Shown in pieces: positions 29,395 through 40,180 of a stretch of 64,000 nucleotides of DNA. Each line of letters begins with the position of its first letter. Position 1 is the first letter of the stretch. The position numbers and the translations under genes were made by a program. Source of the stretch: a bacterium (GTDB lineage Bacteria > SM23-31); assembly GCA_965249485.1 (NCBI GenBank), contig OZ252239.1, forward strand, positions 2,144,001-2,208,000. The letters run 5' to 3'. Under the pieces are notes generated by a model. It saw only the letters and a program-made list of their open reading frames with translations. It was not told where the DNA came from and made no database searches.

Positions 29395-30930
29395 ATGCAT
29401 GAGACAATAGTAATTCTCGATTTTGGTTCGCAATACACACAGCTCATCGCCCGAAAAGTGCGAGAGCACAACGTGTATTGCGAGATCTATCCGTATAATG
29501 TTCCGCTTGATAAATTATATGCAAAAGAACCGAAAGGAATTATTCTTTCAGGCGGGCCGATGAGTCTTTATGAGGATAATTCACCTCATGTTGACCCGAA
29601 ACTTTTTACTTTTGATGTCCCATTTCTTGGGATATGTTACGGAATGGGTATACTTGCCCACAATTTCAAGGGAGTAACTGCTGGTTCTCCGAAACGTGAA
29701 TTCGGCAGGGCACAGTTCGAAGTAATTCATAATTCTGATCTTTTTTCATCAATCAATAAAAAATCTGAAGTCTGGATGAGTCATGGAGATAAACTTGAGT
29801 CTCTGCCGGATGGATTTGAAATAATTGGCCGAACGTCAAATGCTCCAATAGCTGCTATCAGGAGTAGTGAAAAGCGGATGTACGGAATCCAGTTCCATCC
29901 TGAAGTTCACCACACAATCGAAGGTTCAGAAATTCTGAGCAACTACCTTTTCAAAATCTGTAACCTTAAAGCAGACTGGACACCAAAATCGTTTGTTGAA
30001 GAATCTATTGATTCGATTAGGAGACAGGTTGGAAACAGTAAGGTTGTTTGTGGACTGAGCGGAGGAGTCGATTCCTCTGTTGCGGCAGTACTGATTAACA
30101 AAGCGATATGTGATCAGTTAACCTGCGTTTTTGTTGACAACGGTTTGTTGCGAAGCGGTGAACGAAAGCAGGTTGAAGATACTTTCCGGGAAAATTTTCA
30201 TATGGATCTCCGAGTTGTTGACGGCAGAGATGAATTTTTAGGCACACTTGCCGGTATAACCGATCCCGAGAAAAAAAGGAAGGTAATCGGAAAAGTATTT
30301 ATTGAACTTTTTGAAAAAGAGGCAAAAAGTATTGGCAATGTTGATTTTCTTGCACAGGGGACACTTTATCCGGATTTAATCGAGAGTGTTTCCTTCAAAG
30401 GTCCATCAGCTACTATCAAAAGCCACCATAACGTTGGCGGGCTGCCTGAAAAAATGGATCTGAAACTCGTCGAACCGCTCCGGGAGTTGTTCAAAGATGA
30501 AGTGAGAAAAGTCGGTGCGCAGATTGGAATTCCGGATGCAATACTCAAACGGCATCCTTTCCCGGGACCTGGACTTGCGGTACGTATATTAGGTGACATA
30601 ACTGAAGAAAAGCTCGATTTGCTTCGGCAAGCAGACAAAATTTTTATTGACGAACTTTACAATTCGGGTATCTATGATGAAATCTGGCAAGCTTTGACTG
30701 TATTACTACCAGTAAAGTCTGTGGGTGTTATGGGTGATTTTAGAACGTATGAGCAAACAGTAGTTCTCCGTGCAGTTACCAGTGTGGATGGAATGACTGC
30801 TGAATGGTACCCAATGAAACATGAGATTTTAGCACAGATATCGAGTAAAATTATCAATGAAGTAAAAGGAATAAACCGGGTGGTATATGATGTTAGCTCC
30901 AAACCGCCAAGCACGATTGAATGGGAATAA
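29395..30930 (+). CDS. guaA: GMP synthase (glutamine-hydrolysing)
   Basis: LDFGSQYTQLIAR, QFHPEV, SGGVDSS, IKSHHNVGG, KPPSTIEWE. Confidence 0.98.
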   Translation: MHETIVILDFGSQYTQLIARKVREHNVYCEIYPYNVPLDKLYAKEPKGIILSGGPMSLYEDNSPHVDPKLFTFDVPFLGICYGMGILAHNFKGVTAGSPKREFGRAQFEVIHNSDLFSSINKKSEVWMSHGDKLESLPDGFEIIGRTSNAPIAAIRSSEKRMYGIQFHPEVHHTIEGSEILSNYLFKICNLKADWTPKSFVEESIDSIRRQVGNSKVVCGLSGGVDSSVAAVLINKAICDQLTCVFVDNGLLRSGERKQVEDTFRENFHMDLRVVDGRDEFLGTLAGITDPEKKRKVIGKVFIELFEKEAKSIGNVDFLAQGTLYPDLIESVSFKGPSATIKSHHNVGGLPEKMDLKLVEPLRELFKDEVRKVGAQIGIPDAILKRHPFPGPGLAVRILGDITEEKLDLLRQADKIFIDELYNSGIYDEIWQALTVLLPVKSVGVMGDFRTYEQTVVLRAVTSVDGMTAEWYPMKHEILAQISSKIINEVKGINRVVYDVSSKPPSTIEWE

Positions 30931-30955
30931 TTAATCTACAGACAGACTATACTCA

Positions 30956-32920
30956 ATGATGAACCGTAATATAGTTACTCTTCTCAGCTTTATATTATTG
31001 ACTTTACCAATTGAGCAGTCTGTTGCTCAACAGGACAAACAGGTTTTTCTGCCCGTTGCAGACTCTTTATTTCAATCTGTGGAAATGTTGTATCAAACGG
31101 GTCAACTACAAGCGGCGGGAGAAACACTTGGTGTGCTTCAGAGTCTGCCGAGAAATCAGCGTTCTTCAGCGGCACTCTATCTACAAACCCGTTTTGCCCT
31201 TGACAGAGATGATTATGACGAAACAGCCGACCTTCTTGAGCAATTTGCTCATGTTTATCCAGATTCCCGTTATGTACCTTATATGGAGATGATTGAGGCA
31301 GAATTGTTGTATGTAAGAGAGCTTTATGTTTTTTCCCTTGAGAAATTGCTGGGCATAATTGTCCATGTTGATGATGCTGAAATCGAAAATCGTGCAGCCC
31401 GGAAATTCCTGGAAATATTCGATAATGGAATTCCCGAAGTACTTTATGATAATTTTATAGCATTATATGATAACGATGTCACAAAGGAGTTAAATCTTTT
31501 AAAAAAAGCGCAACTACACTACTATGCTGGTTTGTATGATGAAGTCATTAATGATTTAGAACAAATTTCACTCGGGGATGTGTTTTTACCAATTGGCGAG
31601 GCAGCATCGAATTTACGTTCACTCATGAATGATATAATGAATGCAGAGCGATTCATTGCCGTTCTCTTTCCGTTTAACGGTGAATATGCAGAGCGGGGGA
31701 GAAAGTTATATTACGGTGCACAGGTTGCCTTAAAGAAAAAGCAAGATGTATTGCCTCATTCTATTTCTATAAAAGCGATTGATACACGTGCAAGCATAAG
31801 GGAATTTCCGGAACTTCTGCAGAAAATCGCAGACGACAAATCAATAATTGCAGTTATCGGTCCGGTTGTGCAAGAGCTCAGACTTTTGGCAAGCACACTC
31901 GCCCCGTTTTATGAGTTACCCATCATCATACCCGGTAATAACGAGTCAAGTAATGGAATAGGTAACGACTATGTATATCAAATAAAAGGTTCGAAAAGCA
32001 GCGAGGGAGCGTCGCTAGCACGCTATGCTGTGGAGAACCTCAATTTATCTACGTTTGCTATTATGAGTCCTATTGGTGGAAGTGAAGAGGATCTTGTTGA
32101 AAGTTTTGCAATTGAAGTTGAGAAATTAGGAGGTGATATACTTGCGCATGAATGGTATTATCCAGGGAATCTTGACTTTAATGCTCAGTTCAGCCAGATT
32201 AGAAAAATCGGATATGATTTTATGATGACCGATTCATTGAGCACCTACATTTCAGAATCAATTGTCGATTCGACAACGATCGTAGAAGACAGCTTATCTC
32301 TGAATGATATAGACTCCTTAACAACACGCTACTTTGACAGCCTTTCGATTTCAACACTCGATTCAATATGGAATCTCTATCTCGACACTCTTGCAACAAG
32401 AAGAAGAGAAGCTGGAATTCGCTATTTTGATACACTTGATTATCCTGTTACTACGTTTGATGCAATATTCATCCCAGTTGAATCGAAAGATGATATTGAA
32501 TTTATTATCAATCAGTATGCATATTACAATTTTGATACTATATTGCTGGGCAACAGCCACTGGTACGATCCCGTAATTCTTAATAGGTTAGGAAATAATG
32601 TAGGCACGGTCTATATAACGTCTGATTATTTTATCGATGATTATTATACTCCCTGGATTACATTTCGTGATATCTATCGGAATGTTATCGGTTCATCACC
32701 AAGTGTTGACGAACTATATGGGTATGAATCTACATTATTTGTTTTAGCAGGTGTTCAGAACGTACCGACCCGCCAACGACTAATCGACGAACTTGAGCAA
32801 TTGAACATTCTTCCGGAATCGGTACGCGGTTACTTTGAAATAGATGAATCGCATCAAAAGAGTAATTGGCATATAATTCGTTACAGAAGAGGCCAATTTT
32901 TACTCCAAAATAGACCATAA
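30956..32920 (+). CDS. Secreted TPR-like + periplasmic-binding-fold protein (LpoA/LppC-like)
   Basis: Signal peptide; helical repeats (YPDSRY); IAVLFPFNG..AVIGPV type-I binding-protein motifs. Confidence 0.7.
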   Translation: MMNRNIVTLLSFILLTLPIEQSVAQQDKQVFLPVADSLFQSVEMLYQTGQLQAAGETLGVLQSLPRNQRSSAALYLQTRFALDRDDYDETADLLEQFAHVYPDSRYVPYMEMIEAELLYVRELYVFSLEKLLGIIVHVDDAEIENRAARKFLEIFDNGIPEVLYDNFIALYDNDVTKELNLLKKAQLHYYAGLYDEVINDLEQISLGDVFLPIGEAASNLRSLMNDIMNAERFIAVLFPFNGEYAERGRKLYYGAQVALKKKQDVLPHSISIKAIDTRASIREFPELLQKIADDKSIIAVIGPVVQELRLLASTLAPFYELPIIIPGNNESSNGIGNDYVYQIKGSKSSEGASLARYAVENLNLSTFAIMSPIGGSEEDLVESFAIEVEKLGGDILAHEWYYPGNLDFNAQFSQIRKIGYDFMMTDSLSTYISESIVDSTTIVEDSLSLNDIDSLTTRYFDSLSISTLDSIWNLYLDTLATRRREAGIRYFDTLDYPVTTFDAIFIPVESKDDIEFIINQYAYYNFDTILLGNSHWYDPVILNRLGNNVGTVYITSDYFIDDYYTPWITFRDIYRNVIGSSPSVDELYGYESTLFVLAGVQNVPTRQRLIDELEQLNILPESVRGYFEIDESHQKSNWHIIRYRRGQFLLQNRP

Positions 32921-32945
32921 GTATTTCCAGAAAGGTACTATATCT

Positions 32946-33851
32946 ATGGAACAAAATTCTGTAGAAAATCTCTCTCTTACAATTGTTCAAAAATATGAAG
33001 AGTTGCAATCGATCCTCCGTGAAATGGGGGGTATGGTAATCGGTTTTTCCGGTGGTGTGGACAGTACATTTCTCCTGAAAGTCGCTACCGATATCCTGGG
33101 AGATAAAGCGCTTGGTGTCATTGGTTCTTCGTATTCTTTGCCGCAGCGTGAGCTTCAGGATGCTCAGAAGCTTGCCAGCAAGATGAGTGCGCACATCAGG
33201 ATAATTCAAACACACGAGAAAGAAGATGACAATTTTGTCAATAATCCTCTGAATAGGTGTTTTTTTTGCAGATCTGAACTCTTTAATAAAATCACAGAAA
33301 TTGCAGAAAAAGAAGACTATCCTTTTATAGCAGATGGAACCAATCTTGACGACCTGCTTGATTATCGTCCAGGCTCGGCTGCTCAGAAAAAATATTCTGT
33401 ACGAAGTCCGCTTCGTGAGGCAGGTTTAACAAAAAATGAAATCCGTTTACTTTCAAAAGAGATGGGCCTCGAGACGCACGACAAACCGGCATATGCATGT
33501 TTGGCATCACGTATTCCATATGGTTCAAAAATAACTGAGGAAAAATTAACCATGGTTGAGCAGGCAGAAAACGTTTTGCTCGATATTGGACTCAGAAATA
33601 TGCGTGTGCGTCATCACGATGAAACTGCTCGTATTGAACTGAATACAGACGATTTTCAACTGATTCTCGATCCAGAGATACGTTCGTTAATCCTGACAAA
33701 ATTTAAAGAGATTGGATATATCTATATAACCCTTGATCTTGCAGGATTTCGTTCAGGAAGTCTGAATGAAACTCATCTTAAGAAAAATCAAAATCCATTA
33801 CAGAATGAGTATCGAGCAAATACTTCCAATAAAAATTCTCACAGTATTTAA
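32946..33851 (+). CDS. larE: LarE-family ATP-dependent sulfur transferase (TIGR00268-like)
   Basis: FSGGVDST PP-loop, NRCFFC, DGTNLDD..DYRPG, ACLASRIPYG, GFRSGSLN. Confidence 0.9.
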   Translation: MEQNSVENLSLTIVQKYEELQSILREMGGMVIGFSGGVDSTFLLKVATDILGDKALGVIGSSYSLPQRELQDAQKLASKMSAHIRIIQTHEKEDDNFVNNPLNRCFFCRSELFNKITEIAEKEDYPFIADGTNLDDLLDYRPGSAAQKKYSVRSPLREAGLTKNEIRLLSKEMGLETHDKPAYACLASRIPYGSKITEEKLTMVEQAENVLLDIGLRNMRVRHHDETARIELNTDDFQLILDPEIRSLILTKFKEIGYIYITLDLAGFRSGSLNETHLKKNQNPLQNEYRANTSNKNSHSI

Positions 33852-33930
33852 AGTTTATAAAACGCTTGATGACTCAGCATTGTAACAAACTTTTTCTAAT
33901 CATCAATTCTTCTATCAATCGAGCTCTTGT

Positions 33931-34671
33931 ATGATTCCTGATCAAACTGAAGCAAAACTAATTCATTATCCTCTTTTATCCCAGTTCTCAGAGATATCCG
34001 TATTTACGACTACCCGTATTCGAGAAGCGAGTTCGACTCTGTTATCAGAAGAAAGTATTAGAACTGTACTGGAAAATGGTAATGAAGAAAAATTCTGGTA
34101 TAATATTACAGGAACCCCGGAAAACTGTATCGCTAAGGCAAACCAAATTCATGGCAACACAGTACTTTTTGCTAACGATGGTGGTCATCAGGGTGATGGT
34201 GATGCTTTGATTTCGAATATTCCACAGATATTTCTCAGAATTGTTACAGCCGATTGTCTTCCGGTTTTCATGTACGATCCCGAGAGTAAAACCGTTGCAC
34301 TTGTTCATGCAGGATGGAGAGGTTTAAAAAAGGAAATTATTAACCGGACTATCGAATATTTGGGTACCAAAGCAGGTGTGAATCCGGAGAATCTTTTTGT
34401 TTCAATCGGCCCCTTTATTCAGGAGTGCTGCTATACAGTAAGAGATGATGTGTATTCCGAATTTCCACGACAATTCAGCACGAAATTGCTTAATGGTTAT
34501 TACAATCTCAGACTTGGTGAAATTGCTCTTGCACAGCTCAGTGGTGTTCCGTCTTCTCAAGTTGAGATTACTTCTCAATGTACTTCTTGCAGTGACGATA
34601 CATTTTACAGCGCTCGGAAAGAAAAAGGGAATACCGGTAGAAATATTAATATTATCGGTATATTAAAATGA
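33931..34671 (+). CDS. pgeF: Peptidoglycan editing factor PgeF (YfiH family)
   Basis: NQIHG, TADCLPV, HAGWRG, IGPFI, CTSC..FYSAR. Confidence 0.92.
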   Translation: MIPDQTEAKLIHYPLLSQFSEISVFTTTRIREASSTLLSEESIRTVLENGNEEKFWYNITGTPENCIAKANQIHGNTVLFANDGGHQGDGDALISNIPQIFLRIVTADCLPVFMYDPESKTVALVHAGWRGLKKEIINRTIEYLGTKAGVNPENLFVSIGPFIQECCYTVRDDVYSEFPRQFSTKLLNGYYNLRLGEIALAQLSGVPSSQVEITSQCTSCSDDTFYSARKEKGNTGRNINIIGILK

Positions 34672-34815
34672 ACTGAAATACGATATTAGACAAGCAGTTC
34701 AATTCTATTGTAATCTGCTTGATTATAGATGAATACATCTGTATTATATAAAACAATTTTTTTATTTCATTCATATTCAAATGTTTTCTCTATGGTTTAG
34801 CCATACTGTGTCTGA

Positions 34816-35652
34816 ATGGTGAACGGATTGAGTGATAATTTTATTTATAGTTTACTACTTGGAGTTTTGCAGGGAATTACCGAGTTTCTGCCAATAAGCA
34901 GCTCAGGTCATCTGCTGCTGGCAAAATATCTGTTCGGAATTCAGGATATGCCACTCTTGTACGACGTGTTTTTCCATTTCGCTACCGTACTTGCCGTGTG
35001 CACTCTTTACCGCAAAGATCTAACAAATATTGCTAAAGACTTGATTCAGTTTCTATTGCAAAATATTGGATTTCGCAGAAGTGAAACTGTCCAATCGGAT
35101 ATAAATTCCGGAACAAGACTATGTATATTGCTTATAATCGGAACACTTCCGGCGGCATTTGTAGGGGGGTTCTATGCAGATTATTTTAGAAATATCTTTA
35201 GCAATCCGAACGCTGCACTTATATATCTCATAATCACTGGAGTTGTTCTCATCTCAACAATTTGGGTGCCGCGTGGAAAGAAAATCTTAACTGTGCTTTC
35301 CTCACTGTTGATCGGTGTAGTGCAATCGTTTGCTCTGTTTCCGGGAATCTCTCGATCAGGCATCACCATTTCGGCCGGACTCTGGCTTGGAATTAAGCCT
35401 GAAGAAGCAGTGAAATATTCTTTCTTGTTATCGGTGCCGGTGATTCTCGGCGCAAATATTCTTGAATTTTCGAATGTGTCGATGCAAGTTCTGCAAAACC
35501 ACATTTGGTATCTCATTGCCGGTGGAATTACTGCATACATATCGGGATTGATAGCAATTGTACTTGTTCTAAAGGTTATTAAGATGGGCCGGTTTTTCTG
35601 GTTTGGTGTTTATTGTCTACTTGTCGGTACGACAGGACTACTGTTCATATAA
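34816..35652 (+). CDS. uppP: Undecaprenyl-diphosphate phosphatase
   Basis: QGITEFLPISSSGHL, PGISRSGITI. Confidence 0.95.
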   Translation: MVNGLSDNFIYSLLLGVLQGITEFLPISSSGHLLLAKYLFGIQDMPLLYDVFFHFATVLAVCTLYRKDLTNIAKDLIQFLLQNIGFRRSETVQSDINSGTRLCILLIIGTLPAAFVGGFYADYFRNIFSNPNAALIYLIITGVVLISTIWVPRGKKILTVLSSLLIGVVQSFALFPGISRSGITISAGLWLGIKPEEAVKYSFLLSVPVILGANILEFSNVSMQVLQNHIWYLIAGGITAYISGLIAIVLVLKVIKMGRFFWFGVYCLLVGTTGLLFI

Positions 35653-35688
35653 CAAATCACCTGTTGTTTCATAACATATCAGAACATT

Positions 35689-37131
35689 ATGGCAGCCAAC
35701 GAGCTTTTTAAATCACGGTTAGGATTTCTCCTGACAGCACTCGGAATGGCAATTGGGACGGGGAATATTTGGAGATTTCCCCGTATCATTGCGCAAAATG
35801 GCGGGGGTTCATTTTTAATCCCCTGGCTGATATTTCTCTTTCTCTGGTCAATTCCGCTGCTGATTCTTGAGTTTAGCATGGGAAAGACTGCGAGAAAAGG
35901 TACCGTTGGTGCATTCGGAACAATAATGGGGAAGCAATACGGTTGGATGGGAGCATATGTCGGTTTTTGTACAATGGCAATCATGTTTTATTACTCCGTT
36001 GTTACGGGATGGTGTATTAAATATTTCTTAGCTTCGGTTTCTGGAACCATATTTCAGCAGGACAGCATTGCGTATTGGAACACGTTTCTTGGTTCTCAGT
36101 ATCAACCGCTGCTGTTCCATTTTTGTGCAATGCTAATCGGTTCATTTATCGTCTATAAAGGTGTAAGTGGTATTGAAAAAGCAAATAAATTTCTTATACC
36201 GTCTTTGTTTCTGCTGATCATAATTGCAGTAGTGCGGTCGCTCACGCTTCCCGGTGCTGTCGAAGGATTAAATTACCTGTTCACACCTTCTTTAGAGAAG
36301 CTCCTGAATTATCGGGTGTGGCTTGAGGCGTTGACACAATCTGCATGGTCGACCGGAGCAGGATGGGGGTTGATTTTAACCTATGCAATTTATAGCAAGC
36401 GGAATGAGGACATTGTGCTCAATTCAAGTATTATAGGGCTTGGCAACAACAGCGTGTCATTGCTTGCGGCTATTGCAATCATCCCTGTTGTTTTCGCTTT
36501 CAGGCCCGAAGAGGCGGCACAAATGATGCAGGAGCACGGCCCCGCAAGTACCGGTTTGACATTTGTTTCGATTCCTCAGTTGTTTGCACAAATGGCAGGA
36601 GGCAGGATTTTTTTGTCGCTTTTTTTTCTTGCACTCTGTTTTGCGGCGATATCGTCACTTATATCGTTATTCGAGCTCGTTACTCGTGTGTTCATAGATC
36701 TCGGATTGACAAGAACAAAAGCAATCTTGCTTGTCGGTTCAGTTTCCTTTGTTCTCGGAACTCCCTCTGCCGTGAGCATGGCAATATTCGAAAATCAGGA
36801 TTGGGTCTGGGGTATTGGATTGATCGTTAGCGGATCTTTTATTGCAATTGCCGTGATGAAATACGGTGTGCGTCAATTCAGGGAAAACCTTATTAATCAT
36901 GCGGGGAATGATATCAAACTTGGGAAATTTTTTGATTATATTGTTTTTCTTATACCGGTTCAATTCGTAATATTAATATGGTGGTGGTTTTCGCAGGCAG
37001 GCGGATGGACTGAAATTTTCACTTCATATAGTGTCGGTACATGCTTGTTTCAGTGGGGTATTGCATTGATTTTGTTTGTAACTATTAATAAATGGCTAAT
37101 GCGGCGAACTTTGGGAGATAATCCATCATGA
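35689..37131 (+). CDS. Sodium-dependent transporter, NSS/SNF family
   Basis: GMAIGTGNIWRFP, NGGGSFLIPW, QSAWSTGAGWG. Confidence 0.93.
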   Translation: MAANELFKSRLGFLLTALGMAIGTGNIWRFPRIIAQNGGGSFLIPWLIFLFLWSIPLLILEFSMGKTARKGTVGAFGTIMGKQYGWMGAYVGFCTMAIMFYYSVVTGWCIKYFLASVSGTIFQQDSIAYWNTFLGSQYQPLLFHFCAMLIGSFIVYKGVSGIEKANKFLIPSLFLLIIIAVVRSLTLPGAVEGLNYLFTPSLEKLLNYRVWLEALTQSAWSTGAGWGLILTYAIYSKRNEDIVLNSSIIGLGNNSVSLLAAIAIIPVVFAFRPEEAAQMMQEHGPASTGLTFVSIPQLFAQMAGGRIFLSLFFLALCFAAISSLISLFELVTRVFIDLGLTRTKAILLVGSVSFVLGTPSAVSMAIFENQDWVWGIGLIVSGSFIAIAVMKYGVRQFRENLINHAGNDIKLGKFFDYIVFLIPVQFVILIWWWFSQAGGWTEIFTSYSVGTCLFQWGIALILFVTINKWLMRRTLGDNPS

Positions 37132-37262
37132 ATCCATCAGCAATTTCAATGCTCATTGTTATCGGAGGAATCGTATGGGGTGGATTCATTGTGCTCTTAC
37201 GCTATGCGATGAGACGCGAACAGGAAAAATCGAGTATGGACAAATCTAAATCAGATCTGTAA
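37128..37262 (+). CDS. Small single-TM subunit of NSS transporter (MetS-like), 44 aa
   Basis: Manual translation MNPSAISMLIVIGGIVWGGFIVLLRYAMRREQEKSSMDKSKSDL*; ATGA overlap with the NSS stop; WGG motif. Confidence 0.8.
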   Translation: MNPSAISMLIVIGGIVWGGFIVLLRYAMRREQEKSSMDKSKSDL

Positions 37263-37282
37263 TAATTATGCGATGATCAAGC

Positions 37283-38296
37283 ATGGGTAAATTGAACAAA
37301 ATTTTTGAAAAATTTGAGACTATCAAGCGATTGCCGCTTCAAATTGTATATTGTGTTACGGGAGAAGAGGAATATTTACGTGATTCTGCTATAAAGAATA
37401 TCGTCGAAAAGGCAAAATTATCCGGAGAAAGTGAAAGTACACTATTACGGTTTTTTGGTGATGAACTCGACCACGATGAATTGAATGTTCAATTGACGTC
37501 ATACTCGCTTTTTTCAGAATCGAAAACAATTATAATAAAGAATGCAGCCAAAATGAAGTCAACCTGCTGGGAGATTATCGGAAAATTTGTTGAAAATCCC
37601 ACGGAAAACACAACTCTTGTGCTGGATGATGACAAATTTGATAAAAGAAATGCAGCAGTTCATTCAGTATGCAAAACGGCTTATACTCTTGAATTTCCGG
37701 CATTATACGACGATCAGCTGCTTGAGTGGTTGCACTCGTATGCAAAACGGCTGCAGCTTGAATTGACAGAAGAAGCTGCTGTCGCACTTAGAGAGTCGTG
37801 TGAGCCGAAAATGCGGCACCTCATGAACGAACTGGATAAGATTAAACTCTTTTCTGGTGATAAAACTAAATTGTCTGCCGATGATATTATTAATATTGTC
37901 CAAACGAACCGTGGATTTAATATTTTCGATTTTACTCATGCACTATTTGGACGTAACAACTCAAAAAAGGTTGAGTATTTACAAAAAATATTTTTATTTA
38001 ATGAAAGCGCACCGGGCATAATTGTGATGATTGCCCGTCATGTCACAATATTATTGAAAATTAAATTGTATAGTAGTTTAGGACTTGACAGGGGAAATCT
38101 GGAGAAAGTAATTGGTCTAAGACGCTGGTTTCTCAATCAGTATTTCGAACAGGCAAAAAGACTGACTATAGATTCTCTGAAACTTCTGCTTGACATTGTT
38201 TTGGAGGCAGATACGAACTTGAAAACCGGACGTTTCAACGAAAAAATGGTTTTGACTCTCCTGGTTTTCAGAATACAGGTTCAGCTGAAAAATTGA
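37283..38296 (+). CDS. holA: DNA polymerase III subunit delta
   Basis: VTGEEEYL, SLFSESKTIIIK, NELDKIKLF, FNIFDF, EADTNLKTG. Confidence 0.9.
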   Translation: MGKLNKIFEKFETIKRLPLQIVYCVTGEEEYLRDSAIKNIVEKAKLSGESESTLLRFFGDELDHDELNVQLTSYSLFSESKTIIIKNAAKMKSTCWEIIGKFVENPTENTTLVLDDDKFDKRNAAVHSVCKTAYTLEFPALYDDQLLEWLHSYAKRLQLELTEEAAVALRESCEPKMRHLMNELDKIKLFSGDKTKLSADDIINIVQTNRGFNIFDFTHALFGRNNSKKVEYLQKIFLFNESAPGIIVMIARHVTILLKIKLYSSLGLDRGNLEKVIGLRRWFLNQYFEQAKRLTIDSLKLLLDIVLEADTNLKTGRFNEKMVLTLLVFRIQVQLKN

Positions 38297-38335
38297 AGAG
38301 AGAAATAGATTAATTATTTTTCGCGGAATTGCGGA

Positions 38336-38989
38336 TTGAGTGATTCACTAATGATGCAGCGAAAGAATAGCCACAATAAATTAAAACATATGTCACCGGA
38401 AAGCAAAAAGAAAAATATTCTGTCTGATGAGGATTTGATTGGTAACTTTCAGGCAGGTGATGTAAGTGCGTTTGAAGAAATTGTCAGACGATACAAAGAC
38501 CAACTTGTCAATTTCGCATACCGGTTTCTTGGTGATTTGGAAGAAGCGGAAGATATCGCACAGGAAACTTTTTTGAGGGTGTTCCGCAAGAGAAATGCGT
38601 ATAGAAATGTTGCAAAATTTTCAACATGGATTTATACGATTACTGGAAATTTAGCGAAAACGGAACTTCGGCGCAGGAAACGTCGTAAACTAATATCATT
38701 AAGCAGCCTCGGTTTTGAGGATAAAGATTTTGATCTCAAAGATACGAAAAAAGGCCCCGAAGAAAGTGTTCATGATTTAATTAAAGATGAGTTTATTCAA
38801 CGTGCAATTAATTCGCTTCCCGATAAGTTCAGAGAGGTAATAATTTTTCGGGATATACAGGAACTTTCCTACGAAGAGATTAGTTCAATCGTAAAAATCC
38901 CACTTGGAACCGTAAAATCGCGGGTCAATAGAGGTCGTTTAAAACTCCAAGAAATACTATCTGATTATCTGGATGAAATGAAAGAGTAA
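38336..38989 (+). CDS. ECF RNA polymerase sigma factor (start may be ATG 38390)
   Basis: AEDIAQETFLR, FSTWIYTI, LSYEEIS..IPLGTVKSRVNRGR. Confidence 0.93.
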   Translation: MSDSLMMQRKNSHNKLKHMSPESKKKNILSDEDLIGNFQAGDVSAFEEIVRRYKDQLVNFAYRFLGDLEEAEDIAQETFLRVFRKRNAYRNVAKFSTWIYTITGNLAKTELRRRKRRKLISLSSLGFEDKDFDLKDTKKGPEESVHDLIKDEFIQRAINSLPDKFREVIIFRDIQELSYEEISSIVKIPLGTVKSRVNRGRLKLQEILSDYLDEMKE

Positions 38990-38996
38990 AGCGCCT

Positions 38997-39602
38997 ATGA
39001 TAAATTGTGATGACTTTTCAAAACAGCTTTCCGACTTTTTTGATGGCGAACTTCCTAAGGAACGTTCCCGGATGCTGAATCTACATGTGTCTGCATGTTC
39101 TGCTTGCGCGAAGAAACTTGCCCATACTCATGCTCTGTCAAAATTCATGAAACATCTGAAAAAGGTGACAACTACTGAGCAGTTTGAAGAGCAACTTCAC
39201 AAACGTTTGCAGAGTGAAATAGATTATCAAGTTCAGTCCGGCACAGATCGGGCAGTACGTACCCTTACGTCAATACAATTACGGCACGTTGTAGCAACAT
39301 TTGCAGCTGCCGCTGCAATTGTATTCGCTGTTATAACGTTTGACTCGTATCTAAGCAGCGACGATGCCACCCAGGTTGTTGTGTCACCCCGGATAGAAAT
39401 ACCACCCTTACCTGGATCTGCACAGAAAAATGTAATTCAGTACTCACCCTATGCAGGTTTGCCAATTGATAGTAGAATTACTACAATGCCAGACAGTGCA
39501 ATTGAGAGACTTTCCAGCCCAGATCTTGAACGGTCTTTTCCTTACATTGCATTGCAGTCAATACGGAATCAAATACTGCAAGTCAAAGACCATCAGCGGT
39601 AA
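38997..39602 (+). CDS. Zinc-finger (ZAS, zf-HC2) anti-sigma factor
   Basis: MINC..LSDFFDGEL, HVSACSAC (HxxxCxxC), one TM helix; adjacent to the sigma factor. Confidence 0.88.
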   Translation: MINCDDFSKQLSDFFDGELPKERSRMLNLHVSACSACAKKLAHTHALSKFMKHLKKVTTTEQFEEQLHKRLQSEIDYQVQSGTDRAVRTLTSIQLRHVVATFAAAAAIVFAVITFDSYLSSDDATQVVVSPRIEIPPLPGSAQKNVIQYSPYAGLPIDSRITTMPDSAIERLSSPDLERSFPYIALQSIRNQILQVKDHQR

Positions 39603-39705
39603 CTATTGCCGTATACATCTCAAATCTTGCCATATAATTCTTCATGATTGTAGATGTTGTGTAACAGTCCTACAAATATTATATATAAATTAATATGTCT
39701 TCATG

Positions 39706-40180
39706 GTCGTTCTGAACCTGTTTCGGAACCTATGCTGCTTCCCAGATGCTTTGACGAATAATAATTACTGTTCACGTATGTAATAATAAGATTGACTTCT
39801 CTATTTTTTGATTACAAACCATTAATTTAAAATCATTTTTAGATTTACTTAATCAGAGGTTGCTATTTCCCTATTACGCAGGATTCGCAATAACATCTTT
39901 ACACACATCAACAAAAGGCGATACATCTATTGATTAGCTTATTTGTATTGTATTGTTTTCATGTTTTTATATTTAGTGAGTGGATAATTTTATGATTTCT
40001 CCTTTTCGTCTCGGTATTTCACCGGGATTCCAGTCGAAATAACAACCTGAATCATTATAGAATATCGAATCTTTACGTTCTTTCCAAGGGTCCCGAAACT
40101 TCCGGACGATTTCGCAATCTCTGCTTTCCATACTCGCTCATAGTATTAATTATGTCATTTCCGAGCTCATTTCAGAATCT
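39706..40180. repeat. Three degenerate REP-like palindromic units (39706-39731, 40006-40032, 40154-40180)
   Basis: GTCGTTCTGAACCTGTTTCGGAACCT; TCGTCTCGGTATTTCACCGGGATTCCA; GTCATTTCCGAGCTCATTTCAGAATCT. Confidence 0.4.
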
